This document shows, piece by piece, positions 13,236-26,645 of a stretch of DNA of 64,000 bases. Made by a program: the position numbers and the translations under genes. Below the pieces are notes generated by a model. That model had not been told where the DNA came from. It did no database searches and was given only the letters and a program-made list of their open reading frames with translations. The DNA lies in contig OX597819.1 in NCBI GenBank assembly GCA_951406725.2, positions 92,504,001 to 92,568,000 of the forward strand, in the 5' to 3' direction. This stretch comes from Octopus vulgaris. Its lineage: Eukaryota. The first letter of the stretch is position 1, and each line of letters begins with the position of its first letter.

Positions 13236-13275
13236 AACTGCTGCTGATGCTGATGCTACTTCTGCTGCTACTACT
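13135..13275. repeat. (CTA)n grading into (CTG)n
   Basis: Directly visible. Confidence 0.95.
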
Positions 13276-13284
13276 GTTATTATA

Positions 13285-13780
13285 AGCAACCATGTGCAGG
13301 GATCTTGTTTTGAGGTTCAGTAACAGAATACAGGATGGCACTTTCCGCAGATCAACAATTTCCTCTCCATTCCAATATACTTTCTCCGCTTATGTATTAG
13401 TTTGAGTTTGTGCTAAGTGCACCAAATATCACACGAGTAAATGTCACCTTTACCACAATATATTAATCATCCCGGTTAGCTCCTGATATTTCTTAAATTC
13501 CTACCTTCCACTCCTTTGTGGTATTGCAAATTATATGATCTTACTGCTTTCATTTCGTCCACATTCTTATCTGACCTCCTTACGTACTCAACAGTATGTC
13601 ATACATTATGGGGAAATGCCAGAAAATTCTCTAATTATTATTTACCATCAAATCATCTTGCTCGTATTCACACCCCTTTTCTGTCACTTTGATTCCACAG
13701 ATTCGCCTAACATCCCAATACATACTTTAACCACGCATATATGTCAACAGGGACAAATTTTCCCCTTGACAAAATTCAGT
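13285..13780 (-). mobile_element. Fourth Dong-like 3' fragment, heavily decayed
   Basis: Minus strand MYWDVRRICGIKVTEKGCEYEQDDLMVNNN*RIFWHFP, then KKYQEL and VIFGALST, collinear with the RLE domain of 10861-11792. Confidence 0.7.
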
Positions 13781-14176
13781 GAGTGTCTTTTTTTTACTGG
13801 TTCAAATATGCCACAAAAATATTTGAACTGATAACAAAGTTGTATTTATGTACAACCCTGTTTAGCGCTTTTATTCCATATCGATGCATACGTACGTATA
13901 TATATATATAAATATACATACATTGGAGAGTATTGTAGTTCGCTTGAAGTATTGTGTATTGTTTATAAAAAATAATGTGTCTTGAATGGCTCAACAATGC
14001 ACTATAATAACAACAATGGACTATGATAACTGTTATAATTTAATTATTCATAATTTGATACAATATTTCGGAATATAAAAATTCCTTCTTCAGATATCCC
14101 CAGGTATTGATCGAGTCACTTCTATAATCGGTTTTCCAACGGTTTTCTTTTCCGGAAGCATCTCTGCAGTGGTCTC

Positions 14177-14336
14177 ACATACATACATACATACATACAT
14201 ACATACATACATACATACATACATACATACATACATACAAACATACAAACATACATACATACATACATACATACATACATACATACATACATACATACAT
14301 ACATGCATACATACATACATGCATGCATACATACAT
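14177..14336. repeat. (CATA)n microsatellite
   Basis: Directly visible. Confidence 0.95.
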
Positions 14337-14779
14337 GTTTGTATTATGTATATGGTAGTTGTCTACAAGTGCGCTCGTGAAAGCTCCTATGCTACTTGTT
14401 GCTGGCTACCATATATTATTCCCAACATGCCGGGAATTGATATGTAAGCGGTACTTCGTGTAGCGTAGGATATATATGTCAATAATGATCACAGATGGAG
14501 GTTTATACTTTTATTAAAGCAATGCTACATATGTTACGTCATTGCATGTATCTTTATGGTACCATCTCATCATATCCTTAGGATACTATTAAGTATTATT
14601 TATATCCATGAATCCTATGGGAACCTATACATATATATGCATCATTCTTCTTAAGCGCTTCTATATGCAATTCAACTATGCTCAGTTACATCAAATGCTT
14701 TTTTTTTTTACTTTCAATGCCCTAACATTTATATGTTTATATGTATACATACATACATATATATGTAGTTTTACACTCA

Positions 14780-15360
14780 TTTATTCATTCCTTTTGCCTT
14801 AGTTAATAGTTCCTGTTGTTTCTCTACCTGGTACACATCTCTTCCTTACCTCAACCTTTTGCCCCCATATTTCGTTGTTGTTATTTTTACTACGAACAAG
14901 TTTTCGTTTCGTTCAATTTTTGTAGCTATCCACATTGGCCAACATATATTTTTGCTAGTTATTTTAGTTATCTTCCAATTAATATTTTAAGATAATTTGT
15001 TTCTTGTTCCCATCTGTATTCGTGGTGAATATAAAATTTCTACGCCTGTTCTTTGTATGTCATTAGTTTTTCTTGCTTTCTTATCTACCCTTCGTAATTC
15101 AGTTAGCTTCCTAATGAGAATATTATAATCGTAACTTACTAATCGAGCGGCTCGAGTATTTATATCTATTACCTTATTTTTGACATTTTTCTCTTTTTTT
15201 AAGTAGTAACCTAATAAGTTTCTGATATTTGTATTCTGTCATTTGTTTGTGTTGAACAAAGTCTATTTCATAAATTTTTTAAAGCTTTTCTCAATCTGTG
15301 CTTTGTCTAATTTCTCTTTTTCTTTTTATTTGTCATGAAATTTGCGCCTTCTCTCTTCAG
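14780..15360 (-). mobile_element. Old R4/Dong post-RT segment
   Basis: Minus strand KNKVIDINTRAARLVSY and LTELRRVDKKARK resemble the NKI.AINT.A..L.Y / EL..LDRKTRK region of R4/Dong ORFs. Confidence 0.55.
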
Positions 15361-15586
15361 AGCTGGTTTAGCTCATACAGTAGTACCTCGATTTTCGAAC
15401 AACTCTGATCGCGAATAAATCGTGTTTTTATATATATATATATATGTTTTTAAGTAGCAACCTAATAAGTTTCTGATATTTGTATTCTGTCATTTGTTTG
15501 TGTTGAACAATGTCTATTTCATTAATTTTTTAAAGCTTTTCTCAATCTGTGCTTAGTCTAATTTCTCTTTTTCTTTTTATTTGTCA
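15196..15586 (+). repeat. 140-bp direct duplication (15196-15335 and 15447-15586)
   Basis: Copies offset by 251 bp with 4 substitutions; the second copy ends exactly at the CR1 5' junction. Confidence 0.93.
15378..15424 (+). mobile_element. pogo/Tigger-like MITE left end; partner ends at 18297-18335 and 18369-18414
   Basis: TA|cagtagtacctcgattttcgaacaactctgatc; inverted match gatcagagttgttcgaaaatcgaggt at ~18382-18407 and cgaggtactactg|ta at 18321-18335. Confidence 0.7.
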
Positions 15587-18019
15587 GGCAAGTGCTCTAC
15601 ATCAGATAGAGCAGCAGCAGAACTGCTCTTTAATCTGATGGATGAATATTTCCTGACTCAGCTAGTGCTTGAACCAACGAGACAGAATAAAACGATCTTG
15701 GATCTGGTATTGACCAATCACTCTAGCTACGTTCACAGTATTTCAGTCGAAAAAACTCTCCTCTCAGACCACAACATGGTACTCTGCAATCTTAATTCCC
15801 GACATATAAAAACCAAACCAGCCAATCCCACTCCATGGCACCCATTTGATAACATAAACTTCCACAAAGCGGACTGGGGAACAATCAGAAAGGATCTGTC
15901 TTCCATCGACTGGTCTTTTACTCTCAATTCCTCTCATATTGAGACCGCGTGGCAGCACTTTGAAAACATTGTCACCTATACATGCTCTAAACACGCTCCC
16001 AAGAAATCTACTAACACAAACAGAAACCGGCTCCCTAAAAAGAAAAAAACACTCATCAGGCGCATCAAAAGACTCAACAAAAAAATCAACCAATTAAAAT
16101 ATTCCCACACACAACATCCACATTCAACAACAATGAAAAGACTAGAGCTGGAAAAACTTCATCTGCAGACCAACATGAAAACCTCCATTGAAAATCAAAG
16201 AGCTGTGGAGGAACAATGGGTAATCAAAAACATCAAACAGAACCCAAAAGTGTTCTATTCTTGTGCAAATAAGCATAGAACCACTGTTTCACCCATTAGG
16301 CCATTGATTGATGATAACGGCATTCCCCAACACGATGCTAAAGAAATGGCAGAAATACTGCAGAAACAATACTGCTCTGTCTTTAGTGTTCCCACTGATA
16401 TTGACGTAAGGGAAACGAACGAGTTGACTCCCAACACAAAATCTCAGACATAACCTTCACTGCCACCGACATCGTAGCAGTAATAAATGAGACAAACATT
16501 ACTCTGCTGTAGGCCCTGATAGATTTCCCGCTAGTCTCCTGAAGGAATGTAGATACCAACTTGCAGTCCCTCTGACTAACCTCTGGAGAAATTCGTTAGA
16601 CGCAGGTTATATACCGATACAGTTTCTATCCCAGTCGGTCATCCCGTTTTTCAAACAGGGAAACAGATCCCTCGCAGTCAACTATCGCTCAATCTCACTC
16701 ACCTCCCACATCATTAAAGTGTTTGAAAGAGTGTTAAGATCAAGGATAGCTGACTTCCTGGAGACCCACAAACTCCTAAATACAAATCAGCATGGCTTTC
16801 GCTGTGGCAGGGACTGTCTAACACAGCTCTTACACCACATTGAAGATGTACTCAAAGCCTTGGGAACAGGTTCGAACTCTGACGTCATAATCTTGACTTC
16901 AGTAAAGCGTTCGACAGGGTAGACCATAACATCCTACTCTCAAAATTGGCAAACGTTGGAATCCGTGGAAAAGTTCTACACTGGATTAAGTATTTCCTGG
17001 CGAATAGAACACAACATGTTGTAGTTGATGGAGTCCACTCAAACCCAGCAAAAGTCACCAGCGGTGTTCCCCAGGGAACTGTTTTGGGTCCGCTACTCTT
17101 CATAATTTACGTAAACGACCTTTCCAGTGTCGTACATTACTGCAAAGTGAAAATATTTGCTGATGACACTAAGCTCCAGCAAATCGTCAATGAAGAAGCA
17201 GACCGAACTCAACTCCAGTCTGATCTATATGCTGTGAGTCAATGGGCAGAGAGAAACAAAATGCAACTGAATGAGGGAAAATTTGAGCTGATGCATTTTG
17301 GAAGAAATTCCTCACTAAAACAACCATACTCTCTTCCTTCAGGGGAACCGCTCACAGCCTCTAACAATATCAGAAACCTGGGTGTAATTGTTGATGACGA
17401 TCTCAGTTGGAGTGCACACATCAACAAGAAGGTCGATATAGCTCGTAGGATGAGTTCCTGGATCTTAAGAACTTTCCGGTCCAGAGAACAAGGTATCATC
17501 ATACCACTTCTTTCCTCCTTTGTACGGCCACACCTTGAATACTGCTGCCCACTGTGGTCTCCTCACACAAGACAAAACATCTCCAGAATTGAGTCACCCC
17601 AGAGGGCACTCACTAAACAAATTGAAGGCATGGCTGCTCTCGATTATTGGGATCGCCTTAAAGCCTTGAAACTTTACTCCCTCCAGCGTCGCCGTGAGCG
17701 GTACATCATTTGTACGATGTGGAAAATATACCGCCAACTTTGCCCAAACGACCTAAACATTAGCTTCAAGGTTCATCCAAGACTTGGACCACGGGCTATA
17801 CGTCCCCTGCCCAATTCTAGATCACAACATACATGTACACTGCAACATAATTTCTTTTCCTCAACAGGCCCTACCCTATTTAACATTGTCCCGAGGGAGA
17901 TCAAAGAGGAAAAGGATCCCATCAACTTTAAACAGAGTCTGGATAGATTCCTTCAAAGAATACCAGATAAGCCACCCATAATTGGATACAACTCACTACT
18001 TGAACAAAACTTGACTTAA
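15587..18019 (+). pseudogene. Frameshifted ORF2 of the CR1-like LINE (pieces 15581-16453, 16719-16922, 16946-18019)
   Basis: Collinear motifs split by frameshifts near 16440-16510 and ~16890. Confidence 0.88.
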
Positions 18020-18130
18020 ACATAAAACTTGACTTAAACAGGATTCGAATAATTCTATCAGGTGGTGCTATTAAATTAGACATGGCCTGGACCAATCTTT
18101 GGTCGAAACATATCTAAGTTTATCTAAGTT
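15587..18130 (+). mobile_element. 5'-truncated CR1-like LINE (end of APE endonuclease, RT, C-terminus, 3' UTR)
   Basis: LDLVLTN...LSDHNMV (APE end), GPD, NYRSISLTS, QHGFRCGRDCLTQL, DFSKAFDRVDH, GVPQGTVLGPLLFIIYVNDL, FADDTK, VRPHLEYC..WSP, SLQRRRER; tandem tail tatctaagtt x2 at 18111-18130. Confidence 0.92.
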
Positions 18131-18291
<161 letters not shown>

Positions 18292-18414
18292 AAAGCACGT
18301 GATCATAGGCGTTTGCAAACCGAGGTACTACTGTATTAACTGAATATGAGAAAGACAGGAGATAAAGTACGATCTATTTGTGATCAGAGTTGTTCGAAAA
18401 TCGAGGTTCTAATA

Positions 18415-19490
18415 TATTTCTAAACGTTGGTTCTTGTACATTTGTCTACATAATTGCCTTTGCATTTTTCATCACCCTCAGTATACAACTAGAGATCATC
18501 CATAGACAAACGATGTTTAGTTGGTCTATCATAGCATTTGTATCCAAATGTTGTATGGTTTAGTAATTTGGTTAAAGGATTGCTCTAAAACAGGAAAGCA
18601 TTGGGTTACGGGAGTCTCCTTTAAATATTCATTTTCTTACAGGGACTGAAAATGCTTTTGAAATTCCTTCTTCTGTCTTGGTCTTTCGAATTACATGCAA
18701 TATATTCATGATGCGTTTAACGTCCGAACATATTACTGATGTTACTTTACATATAACTAAATTTATTCGAACATATGAGCAAAGACCACGATGTAGAGCT
18801 TCTGGTTATCGACCAACATCAGTTTCAAATCTTTCTCTCTCCTTTTACAATCTAAAGGTATATTTTTGTCCAGCAGCAGTTCGGTTTACAACCATATGAC
18901 CCTTCTGGATCTATTGTTATTTTTGACGTGAGTTGTGTTGTTATTTTCAGATGACAATTTAACCCCCACAATATCATTGAAATCGACATTTATAAATATA
19001 GTTTTTGTAGTTTGCATGAATACTCCGGCTTCGACGTTTTACGGGATAATTTTCTTTTTTGCTTTTCTTTGTTTTTGTTTAGTTAAGTATCAAAATGACT
19101 TCAATCTCAGTGACCTATTTAAGTGTTGTTCTAGCTTCATTAATAAATAGTTCAATAAGTTTAATAATCCAAACACTTTTTGTGTACTTGCAAAATGTTA
19201 CAATCAAAAGTACGATACTTTCTAACCTCTGGGTACATTCCAGTTATTTAAATGTTTTAAATTATTTGTTTTCCTTTTGTTCTATGGCGTGCTGCACAAC
19301 ATATTTAGGATATGTTTCTTTGTGGCAAACTGTTTCACGTCCATATCACCACCCCAAATTTATTTCGTTTTCCTTGTTGATGCTGCACTGATTTCTCTAC
19401 ATGAAGCCGGTGAAATCATTTTGTGATGAAGTCGAAATATTCGTTTACTTCAAAGACTCGTTGTCACTGTTCATACATTTGAGTTATTAA
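18415..19490 (-). mobile_element. Old, decayed R4/Dong-type reverse transcriptase region
   Basis: Minus-strand remnants PEGSYGCK, CKRREKDLKLMLVDNQK (cf. W.DY.KAYD), IFKGDS (cf. GIFQGDS) and SMDDL*LY (cf. YMDDLKLY) in the expected order. Confidence 0.65.
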
Positions 19491-19940
19491 TATTTCATCG
19501 AACATAACACTATATCTAAAAAAAAAAAAAATACAAGATACTTGTCTTCATAATTTTCTATCAGCGCTGAAATTTTGCTAATATACAGCAACGATATAGA
19601 AGACGACAACGACGACGACGACAACAACAACAACAACAACAACAACAACAGCAGCAGCAACAGCAACAGCAGAATATAAACAGCATAACTGGGAATGTCA
19701 TAATTTTCCGTTGCACGTCGTAAAAATGGGTAGCTTTCCCCAGGGCAAAATAAATGAATCCAAAAAGAAATAAACTTAGAATCCTTGAAATGTATCGAGC
19801 GATTTTGTACAGGAGAAGCGTAACTAAAATCATTTGATATTTTACGAAAGAGCGAGAAAAAAAGCAAAATAAAGAATAAACAGATAATAAACATAAACAT
19901 GTTTGTCATCTATCTATCTATCCATATTTCTATTTTTCTG

Positions 19941-20021
<81 letters not shown>

Positions 20022-20231
20022 ATTTGCCTTTAGATTGGCTTTGTGTTTCTCTATTTCTCTATCTCTCTCTACTTTTCTCACTATCTCTTACACAAGCACA
20101 TACAGCCAGGTTCGTTTGTTTAAAATGTTACACCAGAGGAAGGCATGAAACTATTGGCACTTGTGCCACTGAAGCAGCTTCACAGGTAAATAAAATTAAT
20201 AAGATTAATAAGAGTGGTACTAACACTATAT

Positions 20232-20293
<62 letters not shown>

Positions 20294-20391
20294 TGTGTGT
20301 GTGTATGTATGTATATATGCATATATATACATATATACATGTATTTACATATATATATATGTTTATATGTATACATACATACATATATATG

Positions 20392-20451
<60 letters not shown>

Positions 20452-20587
20452 CATAGAGACAATTACGTATACATACGCGTACAATTTTACAGTCATACAC
20501 CTATACAAAACACGCTTACACATGCATAATCGCATGCACACACATATACATACGCGCGAATTTCCAATACTGATATCCTTTCGAATC

Positions 20588-20978
20588 CACTGAAAAAAAT
20601 GTATAGGACAAGCTATTACTTCTAGTAAAGAAAAGAATAAGAAACGTTTTACTTAAAATATTGCAGCAAAGATGCCAGTTCTTCTAATTTGTAACTCTTT
20701 ACAGTTCTCATCTTTTAAATTTATTATACAAAACTGTTCAGCCAATTTGTCAGTTTGTCCAATTAGTCACTTTTTTCTGTATTTAAGGTAGTAAATTAGC
20801 CAAATTCCACTTAAATATGTATAGTGTTGTTTGTAAACTATAATAAAACAAGATTTAATCTTCAAATTTTAATTTTAGCTCAAATATTTTAAATAAAATA
20901 TTTCTTATTCTTTACTAGAAGTAATAGCTTGTCCTATACTTTTACGGGTGTAATCACTTGTCCTGTACTTTTCCAGTT
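20588..20978. mobile_element. Non-autonomous DNA transposon (MITE) with CAC-type termini
   Basis: Perfect 32-bp IR gtataggacaagctattacttctagtaaagaa (20601-20632) / 20908-20939; extra partial end copy at 20957-20978; left end starts cactg. Confidence 0.75.
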
Positions 20979-22648
20979 TTATAATCTTAAGAATATTACT
21001 TTTCATGCTCGCATTTTTTCATGTAATCCATGATTTTCCAGGCATTGCTGTTATAAGATAATTAATAATGTGTCAATTAATAATTTAAGATTTTACCTTA
21101 TAAAATGATAATGTTTCAATTTTTCCATGCAAGTGATGATAACATTTCAATTCTTTAATATTTAATTTAAATATATGTTGTCATTGAATTATTTGATATT
21201 ACCTATCCATACCAAATTAATGGCAGGGATTTTTACCATGTTGTTCGTTGCACCATGGCTCACCAAACGTTACAGACAACAAGGCCCCAAAACCACCAGT
21301 TACCAGGCTCTCATTAAGTAACCTAATTTAGCAACATTAGATCACAGGAATTCATTCAACGAAAACAAAATTCCAATGATTCCAGTAATTTTTTCCGAAT
21401 CAGAATATGGGATTTGCGGCATATTAGGAGGTGAGGGTACTTGATTCAACACAAAATATCAAATTTTTTGGGTTTTTTTCTTAGTGAAAATCGTGCGGGT
21501 ATTATAATATAGAAATTTACCATAATGTTGTTATTTAGTCACAAATCAACCCTGATACAGCAAACCCATCATCAAAGACATTCCAGCTCTCAGCAAACTG
21601 TCTTTTTAGGGATAATCTAGGACATTACGTACAGTAGGCGTGTGATTTAGGTATACTTTAGTTACGTATTCGTCACTTTTTTGTTATTCTTCCTGATTTG
21701 GTAATATTTAATTCATCATGGTTTCTATTAATTAGTATTCATATCTTACATTTGTCGTATTTTTTTTTTTACAGTAGTGTGAATGTTAGATGTTCTCTTT
21801 TGTGGAAATACGTCTCAAAATCTGCTGCGCTTTCTACAAGAAAACTGCATTATTCAGAAATCAATTTTATCCTCAGGGAAGGATCAGCTATGTTAAACTT
21901 ATCTACGTAGAAGTATGAAAAATAAATGCAGACGATAAATGATCTATATGTCACTACGTTATCGATAAAGTATATAAATATGCCGTGACTTTGATTTCAT
22001 GCTTAGACTTCTTTACTTTTCAATGACTTCAATTAAATGTTGGAGCACGGCTTCGATGTCGGAGCATCCTCGGATGCCAGGAGATACCATACTTTCATTT
22101 GCTTCTACATTTATCATCAACCACTAGCCTAATATTTTCTACTCTAGGCACATGACCCTAAATTTTGTGGGGTGGGGCTAGTCGATTAGATCGACCCCAG
22201 TATACAATGAACAACCTCATGGCCTAGTAACAGTTTGCATGGACAACTCCTGTAAGTCTATTAAAACTGATCCCATTCTACTCCAGATATACTAATAGTT
22301 GAATATTTGTGCCCCCGTAGTTAACTTATGGGTCACAAAAATTAAGAGCTTTCCATATCACTGGAGTAAAACACATTTTTTAAAAAAGTCAAATACTTAT
22401 TAACTTCTAACATAATTAGTAATTCTAAAACTGACTTGAAGTTTTTTTTATTTATTGGTTAATAAATAAATTTTATTTATTGGCTCTTGGAAGTATATAG
22501 AGATAGTTAAATTGAGATATTGGCTGGAAAGCTGAAAAGATCATTATATCAATCTGCCGGAGAACTCTTTCTTTCAGTTCTCTCTCTCGTTCTGACTCTC
22601 TATCCCTTTCTCTCTCTCTCACTCTGTCTCACTCTCTCTCTCCCTCTC

Positions 22649-22722
<74 letters not shown>

Positions 22723-22922
22723 CAAAAAGATGTGCTATAATACAATTGAACATATACAAAAACCACCATACAAACAATCCGACATACTTGCCTCATCAGC
22801 TGCCCCACGGATATCATTATGGTTTCGACACCTGGATAGTACCATTCAATCTGGCAGTGTCAACAACACTAAAATAAGTGTGTGTGTATGTATATATATG
22901 TCTCTCTCTCTCTCTCTATATA

Positions 22923-22986
<64 letters not shown>

Positions 22987-23229
22987 CATATACACTCGCC
23001 ACTCACGCAAACACACACAGATCGGTTTTTATAATACAGACACTTAGTACCAGACAGGGCATATGCGAGATAACTAATATGATAATATATTTTTAATGCA
23101 TCAGAAGTTTGTGTGGTATTAGCTCTTGATACATTACTTCATATCATTTATAGATATTTCGTTCAGTTCTTTGAAGAACGCTTATTTCTAAATGACTAAA
23201 TTCGCCTTGCTGTCAAACTAGAGACAGCG

Positions 23230-25560
23230 TTATTGAAATATTGTATCTCAGACACATCTTTGACCTTATACAAACTCATACAAGAGTATATTTATGTCTC
23301 ACCAGCCGAAAAGGTCCTAGTTTCAGAACTAAACGCCCATTTCGCGAATCTCTGGGGCACGATAAGATAGTTTTAAAAAACAATTTATACATCTATGCAA
23401 TGAATGAAAATCTATTTATGAATTTCGTTTTATTCAGCTTACTTCGTTGCAGCACGCTCAGAGCTAATTGTGAAATTGATGATGGATTATAGTGATTGAA
23501 TGAAACCACTTTTCTGGGGGTTGTGTGTTGGTCAGCGGTGAGCAAGAGAGTGGGATAAATATTTATTGAAGCCTTGCCAAATATTTGGATCCACTTCTCA
23601 ATTGAGGTCAAACTGTTTTATATTTCGTGACTGAAAACAAAAGCAATTCAGCTTCAGCGAGATTTATATTTGTTAAATTCAATATTATTTCTTGGCAGCT
23701 GACTGATGATGATAATATATATTAGTTGTTATTATTAAAAAATAAACAAAATAATATCATTCGGGATATTTACAATAATAGATCGTTCGGCTTTTGCGAG
23801 GTGAGTTTATCGGTCAAAGAGCATGTGAACTTTTGTGAAAATATGCTGTAAAAGACGTGATATTTCGACGCCATGTAATTCCAGAATAGAATAAGAACGA
23901 TGTTCCTGAATGAATGTAAATATTATCGTTTACAAATTGTATAATTAGTATCCATAAAAGTTGCATCAGGCGCTACGCGTAAGTCTTTCTTGACTCCGAA
24001 AACAAACATGTAAATTATCTTAATGTACTTCATCAGCTCACCTATTCAAGGAACGAGACCAGAGAATAATTCATTAATATTTCAATAGCTTAGAAGATTT
24101 TATTTTTCAAAATTATTATGGTTATTATTGAAGAGTTTGTTTTGGATTTTCATCGACTACGGATTTAAGAAGCTCAATATTGTCGAAAATTGGGCCTCCA
24201 CATAAAGGGGAATCTGTGAGAGAAATATTTTCCGAAAGAAAATAGTCAAATAATCATTGGCATGTCTGGACACTTAAAGTTCCTTCTCCAAGGATAGGAC
24301 AAATATTTCTTTCCCTTGTTTAAGAGCTTCTTTTGAATTTATGTAGCGTGTAATATCTGACATGGGTCTGATGAAAACTCGTTTCAAAAGGGCAAAATCG
24401 ATACGAATTTAATGACTATGGTATAAAGTAATATCCAAAGAAAGAAAAAAAGACATTAGCATGTATAATTGAATGCTTCTTTTACGGTAGGTATTGCAAA
24501 ACTACCCTCAAAGCGATCATGCCGGAAATGCGATAGGATTTACGGTCCCACAAAATATTTCTCTGTTATAAAATCTTCGTTATCATTTTGACCATTATTG
24601 TTCAAAGTGATGTTAATTAGATGTTTCTCTCACAGATTCCCCTTGATCTGAACAACCAATTACTCTCAGTATTGAGTTTTTGAAAGCCGTATTTGAGGAA
24701 AATCTAAAACACACTGGTCAAGAATTAGCAAAATATTACAATTCAAATCGCATATTCTGCCCATGTCATTTACTCATACAAAGAGCAGAAGTCAACTGGC
24801 TTTAGTTAATGATCAGCTGGTTAATTTCCAGTGGTACTAAACAACTGATAAAAGTCCTTAATTTGTAGGTAGACGGCCATGTTTTTAAAATGGGATGTGT
24901 ATAACTTTTCACGTCATATTTTACAATCTCTCACATAAGTTATTCGCTTCATATACAAGTAAAAGCAATGATATTCTCTTTGTCAGACAAAATGAAGTAA
25001 ATAGTTACGTCTTACCAAGAAATCTTCTTATATAACATTCAATTTACGTTATCCATTTTAAATACACACGATTATCAGACAAAGGACATCTTCAAAATAC
25101 CTATAGACATCGATTCTCAGAGTGTAACCTATGAGAGAAGCAGCGTCGGGAATAACATAAACGAAAGAAATTTTGAAACAAAGCTACTTAAAAGTTTACA
25201 GTGTCTTACAATCAAACGACAACACGTGTTGATGAATTAATAAGGTGCGTGACAACCACCCATGAATCGGGAATCGTGTCTTGCTAATAGTACTGGTTGT
25301 ATACACGACAAAGACATTGAATGCACAAATGATACTGCCCACGCCACTGTGATTGAACACAATAATTTATCTTTTTATATATGCTGCTTCATGAAGCCTA
25401 TAAATGCTATAAAATGTTTTAGACATAATTAGTAATACTTAAATCACTACTTCGACAGAAGTGTCTCTGTTCCGCTGGGGCGGTTCATAAGCGAAAAAAA
25501 TATCCCGTAATTGCCGAAATGACTATAATTAATATTTGTCATTGAGAAAATGTATTTTCC
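23230..25560 (+). mobile_element. Possible highly decayed hAT transposase
   Basis: Ordered remnants SGINIY..LAKYL, FVTENKSN (cf. VTDNA.N), a TR..NS-like stretch, KILQFKSHI, LALVNDQ and a TS...SAG...SEK-like dimerisation motif; many stops and frameshifts. Confidence 0.35.
24133..24715. mobile_element. Old fold-back/MITE with ~95-bp diverged inverted repeats
   Basis: 24133-24228 vs 24621-24715 are inverted, with an exact core aaggggaatctgtgagagaaa (24205-24225 / 24624-24644). Confidence 0.75.
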
Positions 25561-26437
25561 TTACTGCAGAAGTAAAGTATGCGGTGCACTTTTGCGAACA
25601 AACTTTAGTAGGTCATAAATACGAGAGGATCTAATGTAAATGGCATCGCATGGCATACACGAATTTCTACCTTCTCATATCAGTCTCAGACATATCGACA
25701 ACTTCAGTATAGACAAATTCAATCTTGTACAGAAAAAGGTGCGCCATGCTAAAAGCACTATTCATAAACTACAGTTACTAGGATATTCCATCTGCATAGA
25801 TTCTTAGCCTCATGTATTCTCTTTTATATAAAACACATTTATTGCAGCGGATGAGGCGCCGACGATGGAAGCCGTCTGGCAGCCCAGCACCACCAGTAAG
25901 TCGTGGACATAGTGGGTGGCAAAACTGGGACCACCTGATCTTACTATGCCGTCGCTTCCGAAGTCGTATCGATGTAATCATTTGTTAAAAAATGTTGTTG
26001 TGTTAAATAAGCTGTTAATTACAGGTACCGAATTAAAAGAATGCTATTTTCATGGGCTAACGTAGTTTTACATATTTAGAGTCTTTCTTTTAGTTGGTAC
26101 TTTGGTTTTTTTCCTCAGATGCCTGGTTATCTGGAGAGCCTGTAAATAAACTCTTTGATGGTCTCTACATTAAGTATGATGTTAATGAATTAACTATCAT
26201 TAAAAGCTCTGTAAATAAATACAGTAAAATAATCAGTGACAAAAGTATAAAAGTGATACATACTTTTATAGCGTGAGCTGTTTGTCTGATACTAAAATGA
26301 TTCAACTCTCCCAATATTTAAAGAAGTATTTAAAACGCTATTACCCAATGGATTGTGACGACTTCCAATGCCAATAAAATAAAACAATGCCTACAATATA
26401 TTTATTATTTTTATTCAAGGTAAATCTGTGGATTAAA

Positions 26438-26645
26438 GAATCGTTGGATTGCTGGGAAAAATATCATGCGCTATATTTTCTGATTATTTATGTACTGAAC
26501 TCATATTCCGCCTAGACCTACAATGACTTTTATCCTTTCGGAGTCGATAAAATAAAATACCTGTGAAGTTCTAACAAGGATATTACTAACTAACACACTC
26601 CCCTAAGAACTGCTGGCTTTGCTTATAAAGAAGAAATCATTATTG
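26438..26645 (+). mobile_element. SINE family A, degenerate
   Basis: gacttttatcctttcggagtcgataaaataaaatacc matches the family A central domain. Confidence 0.6.
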
